From NCBI GenBank assembly GCA_016432465.1, contig CP066690.1, positions 122,702 through 186,701 of the forward strand: a stretch of DNA of 64,000 bases, written 5' to 3'. Position 1 is the first letter of the stretch. Every line of letters begins with the position of its first letter. Position numbers and translations under genes: made by a program. Of the stretch, positions 1-8,522 are shown piece by piece. This DNA is from Candidatus Sungiibacteriota bacterium. GTDB taxonomy: Bacteria; Patescibacteriota; Minisyncoccia; Sungbacterales; HO2-52-23. The notes beneath the pieces are model-generated. The model was given only the letters and a program-made list of their open reading frames with translations, did not search any database and was not told where the DNA came from.

Positions 1-843
1 CTCTGACGCCAAAACCGCTTTCTTGGGCTCTCCCAAATACGCTTTTACCGCCCTTATCTCGGACATGAGGCGGTTAAGTCCTGTAAGCTCAAGGCTGGCT
101 GCTTGATCCGAACCCCACATAGCGCGATCCAAAGTAATATGCCTTTCTACCATACAAGCACCCAAGGTTGCTGCCACCAGTGTCGGATACGCGCCGACTT
201 CATGACCGGAGTACCCAATAAAGGCGCGCGGATATTTCTTAATTAAATGCGGTATGGTGGCAAGATGAAGTTCTTCGTGATTGGCAGGATATGTGGATAC
301 GCAATGCAGCAGCACGAGATTATCCTCGCCCAAAAAATTCACCATGCGAGCAGTGGCCGCCTCGTCCGACATGCCGGTAGAAACAACTATGGGTCTGCCT
401 TTGGATTTAATATATGCCATAAGTTCCCGGTCTTGATTACAGGCCGAGGCAACTTTGTAACAGGGTGGATCATATTGTTCCAGAAAATCTACACTTGCTT
501 CGTCCCAAGGAGAAGCATACCACAAAATGCTCTTGGCTTTGCAGTATTTATCAATTTCATCATACTGTTTCTTGTCAAATTCCAGTCCGCGTTTCAAATC
601 GCCATTGGTAGACCCAAACGGATTCTCGCGGGGACGAGCAAGCTCCTCCGAAGTATACACCACATCCACGGTTCGCTTCTGAAATTTTACCGCATCACAG
701 CCCGCCTCCACCGCGCCATCAATCAACTTCTTGGCGGTTTCCACGTTGCCGTTATGGTTGATGCCTATTTCTGCCACCACAAAAACTGGTTCTCCGTAAC
801 CAACATAACGATCGCCTATTTTAACCCTTCTTTGCCCGTTCAT
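1..843 (-). CDS. neuB: N-acetylneuraminate/nonulosonate synthase NeuB family (3' end runs off the window)
   Basis: Not in the ORF track. Manual translation from ATG 843 gives MNGQRRVKIGDRYVGYGEPVFVVAEIGINHNGNVETAKKLIDGAVEAGCDAVKFQKRT, with GYSGHE later. Typical NeuB motifs. Confidence 0.93.
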   Translation of the reverse strand, partial: MNGQRRVKIGDRYVGYGEPVFVVAEIGINHNGNVETAKKLIDGAVEAGCDAVKFQKRTVDVVYTSEELARPRENPFGSTNGDLKRGLEFDKKQYDEIDKYCKAKSILWYASPWDEASVDFLEQYDPPCYKVASACNQDRELMAYIKSKGRPIVVSTGMSDEAATARMVNFLGEDNLVLLHCVSTYPANHEELHLATIPHLIKKYPRAFIGYSGHEVGAYPTLVAATLGACMVERHITLDRAMWGSDQAASLELTGLNRLMSEIRAVKAYLGEPKKAVLASE

Positions 844-859
844 GGTAGGAAATCCGGAC

Positions 860-918
860 GTTGTTTACACTTTTGAGACAACGAAACATACAAGTCTTGT
901 CGAAAAAGTGGAAACAAC
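860..918. repeat. Short imperfect inverted repeat sharing termini with the large elements at 13525-14006 and 45201-45835
   Basis: GTTGTTTACACTTTT...AAAAGTGGAAACAAC, same terminus as CGCGTTGTTTACACTTT in the 45 kb element. Confidence 0.6.
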
Positions 919-950
919 ACCCTAAAATCTTATGACCTCTGCCGGTTAGT

Positions 951-2024
951 TTATAAAACAATCTGGTCCTCGGTAAGCACGGTATCTGCCGGGATATCTA
1001 CTTTAGCGGTCTTGCCCACCACTGTATGAATCAGTGTCGGTTTTATTCCGTGTCCGGGACTCTTACAAGTAAGCATGTCCTCTCTGACCAAAGTGCCCTG
1101 CGGTATGGGAATCTTACTGACCAGACTTTTACCGTGCTTATTGCGCATGGAAATCTCCCTATCGTGTAACCTAACTTCGCGATCTTTCACCGCCCGTTCT
1201 ATTCTACGAATTTGTTTGACCATCTCTGTAAATTCCAAAGGGTCAAGACTGACTGTGCTGTGGTCTGGTCCGGGCAAGGCTTTGTCTAGTGTAAAGTGCC
1301 GCTCCACTGACGCGGCCCCCAACGTTACGGCTGCAATAGTAGGTACAAATCCCACTTCGTGGCCGGAGTAACCGACCGGGAGAGGCCGGTAGCGCTCGCG
1401 CATAGCAGTAATAGCTCCTATATTCAAATCCTCATCCGGAGTAGGATATATAGACACGCAATGTTTTATAATCAACTGGTTACTGTGTTTCAAAATTGTA
1501 TTTACCGCTTCGTCCATTTCTTCCTGATCGGCCATGCCTGTTGACATAAAAACTGGCTGTCCGATTTTGGCCACAAATTCCAAAAGTGGCCTGTTGTTTA
1601 CGTCAAAAGAGGCAATCTTCCAGCAATCCATGCCAATATGCGCTAAAGACTCTGCACTTTTTAAATCAAAAGCTGTTACAAAAAAGGCAAGCCCTAAAGA
1701 ATGAGCAATGTTTTTAAGCTCCGAAAACTGTTCATCGCTAAGTTCCAATTTCTGCCGGTATTCGCCATAAGTTTTACCCAAAGAAGTAGAATGGGTCTGG
1801 GGCTTGGACAAAAGATCTTGCGTAAAGACTTCGTTTAAACGACGTCTCTGAAATTTGACCGCATCCGCACCGGCAAGCGCGGCCGAGATCACTGACTTTC
1901 GGGCAAGCTCCATCTCGCCATTATGATTATTGCCGACTTCAGCAATAACAAAGGTAGGGTGGCCCTCCCCCACGTATTTATCACGTATCTTTATGGCTCT
2001 GGGAAGCGTTGAATCCAGCCTCAT
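951..2024 (-). CDS. neuB: NeuB-family nonulosonate synthase with C-terminal SAF domain
   Basis: IAEVGNNHNG, AVKFQ, KIAS, HCVSIYP, GYSGHE, ERHFTLD, C-terminal KSPGHGI SAF motif. Start moved from 2114 to ATG 2024 to avoid overlap with gmhA. Confidence 0.93.
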   Translation of the reverse strand: MRLDSTLPRAIKIRDKYVGEGHPTFVIAEVGNNHNGEMELARKSVISAALAGADAVKFQRRRLNEVFTQDLLSKPQTHSTSLGKTYGEYRQKLELSDEQFSELKNIAHSLGLAFFVTAFDLKSAESLAHIGMDCWKIASFDVNNRPLLEFVAKIGQPVFMSTGMADQEEMDEAVNTILKHSNQLIIKHCVSIYPTPDEDLNIGAITAMRERYRPLPVGYSGHEVGFVPTIAAVTLGAASVERHFTLDKALPGPDHSTVSLDPLEFTEMVKQIRRIERAVKDREVRLHDREISMRNKHGKSLVSKIPIPQGTLVREDMLTCKSPGHGIKPTLIHTVVGKTAKVDIPADTVLTEDQIVL

Positions 2025-2067
2025 AAATAGTAAAACGTGGCCGTATTGACGGTGGTAACGAGTAACT

Positions 2068-2640
2068 TCATGCAAATAAGGCCCGTTCAACCAAATCGCA
2101 TATAATATGTCCAAGTGTTATGTGCGTCTCCTGAATGCGTTGCGTATCGTCTGAAGGCACCACCAAGGCGCAATCAACCAAGTCCTTAAGCTTTCCGCCC
2201 CCACGGCCCAAAAATCCGATCACCCGCAAGTTTCGTTTTTTTCCTTCCTCCACTGCCCGCATCACATTGGGCGAGTTGCCACTGGTGCTTATCGCCAACA
2301 AAAGATCCTTGGGGTGGTTGGCCAAGGCCTCCACTTGTCTGGCAAAAATCAGATCATATCCGTAATCGTTGCCCAAGGCCGTAAGAATAGAGGTATCAGT
2401 AGTAAGCGCTATAGCCGGCAGGGCCCGGCGCTCTTTCCTGAATCTGCCCACCAGTTCTCCGGCTATATGCTGGGCATCAGCCGCACTGCCGCCGTTACCC
2501 ATAATAAGCACCTTACCCCCGCCTTGATACGTATCCGCGATCATCTCGGCGGCCTGCACTACCAAATCAGCCAGTGTCTCGGCTGATTTTACTTTTACCT
2601 CGGCGCTCTCCTGCAATTGTCTTATAACTTCTTTTTTCAT
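2068..2640 (-). CDS. gmhA: Sedoheptulose-7-phosphate isomerase
   Basis: [31 protein letters not shown] motifs. Confidence 0.96.
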   Translation of the reverse strand: MKKEVIRQLQESAEVKVKSAETLADLVVQAAEMIADTYQGGGKVLIMGNGGSAADAQHIAGELVGRFRKERRALPAIALTTDTSILTALGNDYGYDLIFARQVEALANHPKDLLLAISTSGNSPNVMRAVEEGKKRNLRVIGFLGRGGGKLKDLVDCALVVPSDDTQRIQETHITLGHIICDLVERALFA

Positions 2641-3491
2641 ACGTAGTGGCTGTCAAAACGCCGACAAGCTTCTTGGTAGCGTTCTGGTGTTCCAATATCT
2701 AATAATTCTCCCTTGGCAAGAAATCCTCTACACTTTCCGCTTTCCGCAAGTTTAGGAAAAACGTCATATTCTAAGGAGAATGTTTTATCCTGCGGAAAAA
2801 AAACTGTAATTTCTTTCCCCATCAGATATATTCCTGCACTAATAAATCCCCCCACCTTCCCAGCGGGGTATTGGACCCCGCGGGAAGGATTTATACGGCG
2901 CCCATTCATCCCCGCAACAAGGGAAGTCTGACTTCCCAAGCTGCGGGAATTCTGGGAAGGTGGGGGGACAAATCGGGCCAGGGTATTTAAATCTTTCTCA
3001 TGAAAAGCAGTAATGAGGAGGTCGTCATTACAAATTACTGTTCCTCCGTCGGTTTTTGCCCTGACGGCAAGCGCAAACGACGCAACCGGTGCAAGCTTTT
3101 TGTGGGTACGCAGGAGTCCGGAAAAATTAACAGGGCAAAAGGAGTCGCCGTTCATTACAAAAAAGGGGTCACTGCTTATAAGCGGGAGTGCTTTTTTCAG
3201 AGCTCCCCCCGTTCCCAGAGGCGTCTTCTCCTCCGAAAATAAAATTTTAACATCAGGGTCTTTACCGTATTTTTTTTTCACATGCTCTTTCACCTGTTCA
3301 CCCAGATGCCCGATACATAAAATAAAACGCCGAAACCCAACCCGACTTAGATCTCCTAGCAAAAGGTCAATAAACGCCAGCTCGCCGATTGGAGCCAATA
3401 CCTTGGGACGATCCTTCACTACCGTCTGCAAGCGCACTCCAAGGCCCCCGCAAAGAATTACAACATCAGTTTTGGAAAGTGGAACGTACAT
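2637..3491 (-). CDS. hddC: D-glycero-alpha-D-manno-heptose-1-phosphate guanylyltransferase-like nucleotidyltransferase carrying a ~41-44 aa in-frame repeat insertion
   Basis: [10 protein letters not shown]...PK, LGTGGAL, NGDS, SAGIY, DIGTPE motifs; context with gmhA and hddA. Confidence 0.85.
   Translation of the reverse strand: MYVPLSKTDVVILCGGLGVRLQTVVKDRPKVLAPIGELAFIDLLLGDLSRVGFRRFILCIGHLGEQVKEHVKKKYGKDPDVKILFSEEKTPLGTGGALKKALPLISSDPFFVMNGDSFCPVNFSGLLRTHKKLAPVASFALAVRAKTDGGTVICNDDLLITAFHEKDLNTLARFVPPPSQNSRSLGSQTSLVAGMNGRRINPSRGVQYPAGKVGGFISAGIYLMGKEITVFFPQDKTFSLEYDVFPKLAESGKCRGFLAKGELLDIGTPERYQEACRRFDSHYV
2841..2972. mobile_element. MITE-like palindromic element, copy 1, in frame inside hddC
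   Basis: Perfect 17-bp inverted repeats TCCCCCCACCTTCCCAG (2847-2863) and 2952-2968; near-identical copy at 29701-29833. Confidence 0.9.
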
Positions 3492-3503
3492 AAAATAAGC
3501 CTC

Positions 3504-4412
3504 TTAACTAAAACCCCCGTCCCACAAAACAGGCTGCCTTAATTTCCCTGTTTCCGCGCTGCCGTGTCTTACAAAATCCCAGGATTTTTTAAAAATTTTC
3601 CACGGTCGCGCGAGGAACGGAAGCTCACGGTCTAAATTGCGTAGACGATATTTTAAATAAAACCACGGGGAGCAGTACTCTTTGACCAAACGTCTGGAAT
3701 CTGCCAGATGTCCTTTCGAATTAATCACAACCATGCTGTGATCGTATATAAAGTGGTGAAAGGTATTAAGACGGCAAAATTTAACAACCATGCCCTTTTT
3801 TATAAACTCCAGCACAAACCCGTTATCGGCGTTGGGACTTTCCGGAAAAAGCATGGCCGAACGCACCAAGGCGTCACGGCGGAAAAACCACCCAACCTCC
3901 GCCGCCCCCTTATAACGAAATACGTCCTCTACACTCTTTCCATAATTTACCCCCGGAGGCACGCAGTATTCGGTTATGACACCGTTTCTTTCTTTGGTAC
4001 CGCCGCAGATCAAAAGATCAATTTCCGGATGCGCTTCCAAAGCTTTAATCGCCTGTTTTACCCCTTCCGGATGATAAATATCATCGTCCATCAGCGGTTT
4101 CAAAAACTTTCCCCGCGCCAAAAGTATGGCCTTATTCTGCGCTTCCTGTCCGCAAGTGTCCGGTTCCGAAATAAATACATCTATTAAATCGCGGTAGCGT
4201 GCAGCTACTTCTCCCGTGTGATCTACGGAGTCCCCATCTATCACTATAAGTTCGTCCTGGGGTCCAATAAATTTTTTTGCCCCTTCCAGCGCCCGCGCCA
4301 AATATTCAGCCCTGTTTTTGGTGATGATAAAAAATGAGACACGCTTGGGAGAATACGCATCAAAAGTATATTTTTCGGCCGTTGTTTTTACTACTGAATT
4401 TTTAAAGCTCAT
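3504..4412 (-). CDS. Glycosyltransferase family 2
   Basis: VSFFIITKNR, IVIDGDSVD, SEPD, DDD (DxD) motifs. Confidence 0.88.
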   Translation of the reverse strand: MSFKNSVVKTTAEKYTFDAYSPKRVSFFIITKNRAEYLARALEGAKKFIGPQDELIVIDGDSVDHTGEVAARYRDLIDVFISEPDTCGQEAQNKAILLARGKFLKPLMDDDIYHPEGVKQAIKALEAHPEIDLLICGGTKERNGVITEYCVPPGVNYGKSVEDVFRYKGAAEVGWFFRRDALVRSAMLFPESPNADNGFVLEFIKKGMVVKFCRLNTFHHFIYDHSMVVINSKGHLADSRRLVKEYCSPWFYLKYRLRNLDRELPFLARPWKIFKKSWDFVRHGSAETGKLRQPVLWDGGFS

Positions 4413-5400
4413 CTTGCGGCATTCTATAAATTACTTGGCTTCCCGAGAACTCAAATTTGAAAGGCACTTCCAAGAGTCCTGCTAACGCCTCTTGGACCTT
4501 ATCGCGTAATTCCGGTTTTACGAAAATAAGCATAAAACCTCCGCCTCCTGCGCCTAAAATCTTGCCCCCCAAGGCTCCGGCATGCATGGCCGCCTCATAC
4601 ACTTCGTCAATAAAAGGGTTGGTAATTTTTGACGAAAGCGACTTCTTAAGACGCCAACCCTCATGCAAGAGTCTGCCCAAACGTTCCACGGACTCCTTGG
4701 GACTTACTAGGACTTGGGTAGCCTCGTCAACCAAAGCGTGAAGCGCTTTAAGTTCAATTACCTTATGCGGCGTATTTTTTATCTGCTCGGCCGCAACCTC
4801 GGAGGCGTTCCGGGGAAATCCTGTAAAAAAAAGCGCCAAGTGCTTCTCTAGTTCCTGCATACGCTCGCGCGGCAAATCAAGAGGTTTGACCGCGACGTCA
4901 TCTTTGCCTCCGAATCTGATTTGGTTAAGACCGCCAAAAGCAGCGATGGCCTGATCCTGCGACCCCACGTTCTCCCCAATTCTTTTCTGTTCTACGTGAA
5001 TAGCGTCCAGCGCAAGCTTAAGCTTGCTGACTTCCTGTCCCCGCAGGGCGTAAAGGGAATTCAGAAGGCCTACGGTAAAAGAGGAACTTGAACCGAGCCC
5101 CGACATACCCGGCACATCGGTATTATGTTGTATTTCCACCCCTTCATTAAATTCCAAATGATTCAGGCATTCACGAACCGAGGGGTGCTCAATCTCGGCA
5201 ATAGTCTTTGTTTCCTCGTATTTGCTGTAACGGATGCGGTAGTTGCAATCAAAAAAAGGCGGAAGATACCGGCTGATAACATAACAATATTTATTGATGG
5301 AAGCCGAAAGCACTGCTCCTCCATTTTTTTTGTACCAGACCGGATAGTCAGTTCCACCACCGAAAAAAGAGATACGAAAAGGTGTACGGGTGATTATCAT
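4402..5400 (-). CDS. hddA: D-glycero-alpha-D-manno-heptose-7-phosphate kinase (GHMP)
   Basis: TPFRISFFGGGTDYP, GLGSSSSF, GSQDQ, GAGGGGF. Confidence 0.93.
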   Translation of the reverse strand: MIITRTPFRISFFGGGTDYPVWYKKNGGAVLSASINKYCYVISRYLPPFFDCNYRIRYSKYEETKTIAEIEHPSVRECLNHLEFNEGVEIQHNTDVPGMSGLGSSSSFTVGLLNSLYALRGQEVSKLKLALDAIHVEQKRIGENVGSQDQAIAAFGGLNQIRFGGKDDVAVKPLDLPRERMQELEKHLALFFTGFPRNASEVAAEQIKNTPHKVIELKALHALVDEATQVLVSPKESVERLGRLLHEGWRLKKSLSSKITNPFIDEVYEAAMHAGALGGKILGAGGGGFMLIFVKPELRDKVQEALAGLLEVPFKFEFSGSQVIYRMPQDEL

Positions 5401-5463
5401 GGTTAAATCGCTAACTGTTATTAAAACGTGGCAGAGTCCCTATTGGTTTTGTGTGGAATCATA

Positions 5464-5485
5464 ATTCCCCACCGTGGTGGGGAAT
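5464..5485 (-). terminator. Hairpin just downstream of the HemN-like gene
   Basis: ATTCCCCACC-GT-GGTGGGGAAT. Confidence 0.5.
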
Positions 5486-5489
5486 GAAT

Positions 5490-6914
5490 TTAACGCCTGA
5501 TATAAACATCAAATTTACTGCATACGACATCGGCAAATTGCTTTCCCGTATCAGTCACAACGATGGTGTCATCCGTAAGTTCAACGATGCCGTCATCTTG
5601 ACACTGCTGCAGCGCTACCATCTCGGGCTGGAAATATTCCGCAAATCTTATATCGTACTTCGTCTCCAGCTCCCTTAAATCAAGTAAAAAGTAATTGCGG
5701 ATGGTCTGTATAATTTCACGACGGAGCTGGTCGTCCCGACTCAGCTTGTGTCCCCGGAAAACTGGAAATTGGTTATGCAGAACGGCTGCCGTATAATCTT
5801 TAAGTCCGGTTTCGGGCGAACTAAAAATATTTTGAAAGTCGTAAAGCGATGCCAAACCGCTCACTGCGCCAACCCCAACACCCAAGACCGCCTGATACCT
5901 GCCGGCTGTAACGCCCATACGGTTCCAGGCCATTTTTCCTTCCCTCATGGCCTCAACTACATCATCGGCGGGTTTTGCAAAATGGTCATAACCAGTACGA
6001 ATATATCCCCCTTCCGTTAAAATTTCCGTGGCCTCAAGAAACAACATCTTGCGCTCGGCATTATCAGGGAAAGACGGCATCAACAACTGGTGAGGGAAAA
6101 ATTGCGGTATAAAGTGCATATAGTTTAAGCAGATCCTGTCCGGAGCCATTTCCACTACCTTTTTCATGGTCCTACGCATAGATTCTCTGGTTTGCTTGGG
6201 TAAACCGCAGATAATGTCAAAGTTTATTCCGTTTCTAAAAAGGCGCCGCAGCTCTGGAGCAATAAGTCTCTCAGTTAACACGGCCGGTTGTACCCGCGCC
6301 ACTGCCTTTTGCACTTCCAAATCAAAATCCTGAACGCCAAAAGAAACTCTGGAAATGCCCTTGCTGGCATAATAGCGCATCCCTTCTTCTTTCACGTGAC
6401 GCGGATCAATCTCTATGGCAAACTCGTCCAAAGAATCAAGGTCTGCGACTTCCCTTAACTTTTCAAGCAACCGATCAAAGTCCTCGTTTGTAAGATAGGT
6501 CGGAGATCCGCCGCCAAGATGTACCTCCCGAAAATTTGGCCGGATTTTGTTTTCTTCCAAAAACCGCTTTAATAGCTCTACCTCCTGATAAAGCACCTCC
6601 AGATATCTTTTTATGTCGCTGTAATTTCTGCTTATAACTACATGGCAGGTACAATAAAGGCACTGGACAGGACAATGGGGAATATGAACATAAAGCATGA
6701 GCGGCACCGTCGGATTTCCAAGAAAAAGTTCCCGCAACGCGTCACGATACTGCTTGTCTCCCTCTTCTGCGGACTGGAAAGCAGTCCAAAAACGCAAATT
6801 AGGATATTCGGTGTACATAAAAGAGCGTTCACCGTATTTCTTAACCAAACGGGGGTCGGGATTGCGCAGGGTCACGACTCTATCTCCAAAAAGAGAACTG
6901 TATAGATTATACAA
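5490..6914 (-). CDS. HemN-like radical SAM enzyme (coproporphyrinogen III dehydrogenase family)
   Basis: YTEYP, YVHIPHCPVQCLYCTC (CxxxCxxC), HLGGGSPT, IEIDPR, RVSFGVQD, NFDIICGLP, GYDHFA. Confidence 0.88.
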   Translation of the reverse strand: MYNLYSSLFGDRVVTLRNPDPRLVKKYGERSFMYTEYPNLRFWTAFQSAEEGDKQYRDALRELFLGNPTVPLMLYVHIPHCPVQCLYCTCHVVISRNYSDIKRYLEVLYQEVELLKRFLEENKIRPNFREVHLGGGSPTYLTNEDFDRLLEKLREVADLDSLDEFAIEIDPRHVKEEGMRYYASKGISRVSFGVQDFDLEVQKAVARVQPAVLTERLIAPELRRLFRNGINFDIICGLPKQTRESMRRTMKKVVEMAPDRICLNYMHFIPQFFPHQLLMPSFPDNAERKMLFLEATEILTEGGYIRTGYDHFAKPADDVVEAMREGKMAWNRMGVTAGRYQAVLGVGVGAVSGLASLYDFQNIFSSPETGLKDYTAAVLHNQFPVFRGHKLSRDDQLRREIIQTIRNYFLLDLRELETKYDIRFAEYFQPEMVALQQCQDDGIVELTDDTIVVTDTGKQFADVVCSKFDVYIRR

Positions 6915-6973
6915 AAATAGCCGCCATCTGTCGATAGCTAAAAGCCATACCGCATGCCCGCTCCAAAAACTGG

Positions 6974-6995
6974 AAAACCCGCCTGAAGGGCGGGT
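6974..6995 (-). terminator. Intrinsic terminator-like hairpin after the radical SAM gene at 7004
   Basis: ACCCGCC-TGAAG-GGCGGGT followed by a short U-run on the minus strand. Confidence 0.55.
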
Positions 6996-7003
6996 AGAAA
7001 AAC

Positions 7004-8371
7004 TTAGGCAGGTTGGGAGCGCGTTTCAACCTTGCCGCCAAAAAACTCAAAAGAATTCAGTCCTCTCTCCCTAAGTCTTTGTAGAAGCTCCGTATAATTT
7101 TTGATAATTTGCTCCGGGGTCATACTTCTCCCCCAAGGAGTTTCTTCTTCATATACAAAAGTAAGTTGCGGCAGCTCGTCCCTGTACTTCCCGTGCTGAT
7201 GCATCATCTTTTTCCAGTCACGGAGCACTTCCCGAATACCAAATCTTTCCGGATGATTATAAACTTCTGTCCCCGGACGTAACGTAAAAATAGCCAAATA
7301 AACAAGGTCGGGTTGGGTTTCTTCAATAAAAGACCACGTTCGCTCCACAATGTCCTCTGGCTCTCCCGGAAGACCAATAATTAAATAGATCCTTGCCTCA
7401 ATGTCATTTTCTTTCAGCACCCTTATGGTGTTTTTAGCTCCTTCAACCGTGGTACGCTTGTTAATTATATCAAGCGATCTTTGCCAAACGCTCTCTACTC
7501 CCAAACCCATGGCCATGCATCCGCTTTGTCTGGCCAAAGCCGCAAGAGAGGACGTAATCCCATCCACACGACATTGCCCCCTCCAAACAATGCTGGTTCT
7601 GCCTATGGCTTCCAGATGACGCTGGGCCTGATCCTCTTTTAGGGGAAGAACGATTTCGTCCGAAAGCGACAAACCCTGAATTCCATATTGGGATTTAAGA
7701 TATTCTATTTCCTCTTCCACCCTTTCAGGGGCCCGATATCTTATACCGGGCACCTCAAGCCGCGCATACTCAATGGCGCAAAAATGACAGCGGTACGGAC
7801 ACCCCCTACTAAACATGGCCGTAGTGCCCAAAAGTTCTTCATAGCCCATTTTGTGTTTGAGATTCATAACACTCTTCCTTGCAGTTGCGCTAGCCGGAAG
7901 AAAATGTCTGCGCCAGTGAGGATAAATATTAATATCTACCGGTTTTGGGTCTCTATATATACGCTCTAGCCTCTGCCCCATGAAGTCTTCCAGCGCCTGA
8001 ATAACGGTTCGTTCTCCTTCGCCCAGAATTAAAGCATCAAATACCTCCAGTGACTCTTGAGTAAACATATTAGCATGCGGCCCGCCCGCAATGTGCCGCG
8101 CCCGGGGATAGTGACTGCGCAACGATTTCACTATGGAACATTGCTCTTCATAGTCCAGGGTATAAACAGAATGCAGATAAACATCGCACTCGGGAATGTG
8201 GTAGATGGCCGAGTCTCTTTTGATGCCGCGTAGATCAACTAATCTGGCCTCCACGTCGCGTCCGAAGTGATCCTCCAAAATGGTTAATAACTGAAAGTGA
8301 ACAAAGGGGTCCCCGCGAAAAGGGTCAAACAGATAGTCGCTCGACGGGAATATAAATCCTACCTCCAGCAT
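7004..8371 (-). CDS. B12-binding-domain radical SAM protein
   Basis: IAGGPHA, GEGE, SRGCPYRCHFC, LGVES, IIGLPGE. Confidence 0.92.
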   Translation of the reverse strand: MLEVGFIFPSSDYLFDPFRGDPFVHFQLLTILEDHFGRDVEARLVDLRGIKRDSAIYHIPECDVYLHSVYTLDYEEQCSIVKSLRSHYPRARHIAGGPHANMFTQESLEVFDALILGEGERTVIQALEDFMGQRLERIYRDPKPVDINIYPHWRRHFLPASATARKSVMNLKHKMGYEELLGTTAMFSRGCPYRCHFCAIEYARLEVPGIRYRAPERVEEEIEYLKSQYGIQGLSLSDEIVLPLKEDQAQRHLEAIGRTSIVWRGQCRVDGITSSLAALARQSGCMAMGLGVESVWQRSLDIINKRTTVEGAKNTIRVLKENDIEARIYLIIGLPGEPEDIVERTWSFIEETQPDLVYLAIFTLRPGTEVYNHPERFGIREVLRDWKKMMHQHGKYRDELPQLTFVYEEETPWGRSMTPEQIIKNYTELLQRLRERGLNSFEFFGGKVETRSQPA

Positions 8372-8522
8372 TTTTTGTCCCTGTTATAAAAGATCATTAT
8401 TTTTAATTTTACTATAAAAACTGCTCTCTAGCAAGCTTGGCATGGAAACTTGGATGATTATTGGCGTCAAACTTAAAAAGAAAGTACCGCATCGGGGTGA
8501 TGCGGCAGTAAGTATCTGCTGC

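Noticed and set aside
247-876. 209-aa plus-strand ORF
   Set aside because: Antisense shadow of the edge-truncated neuB
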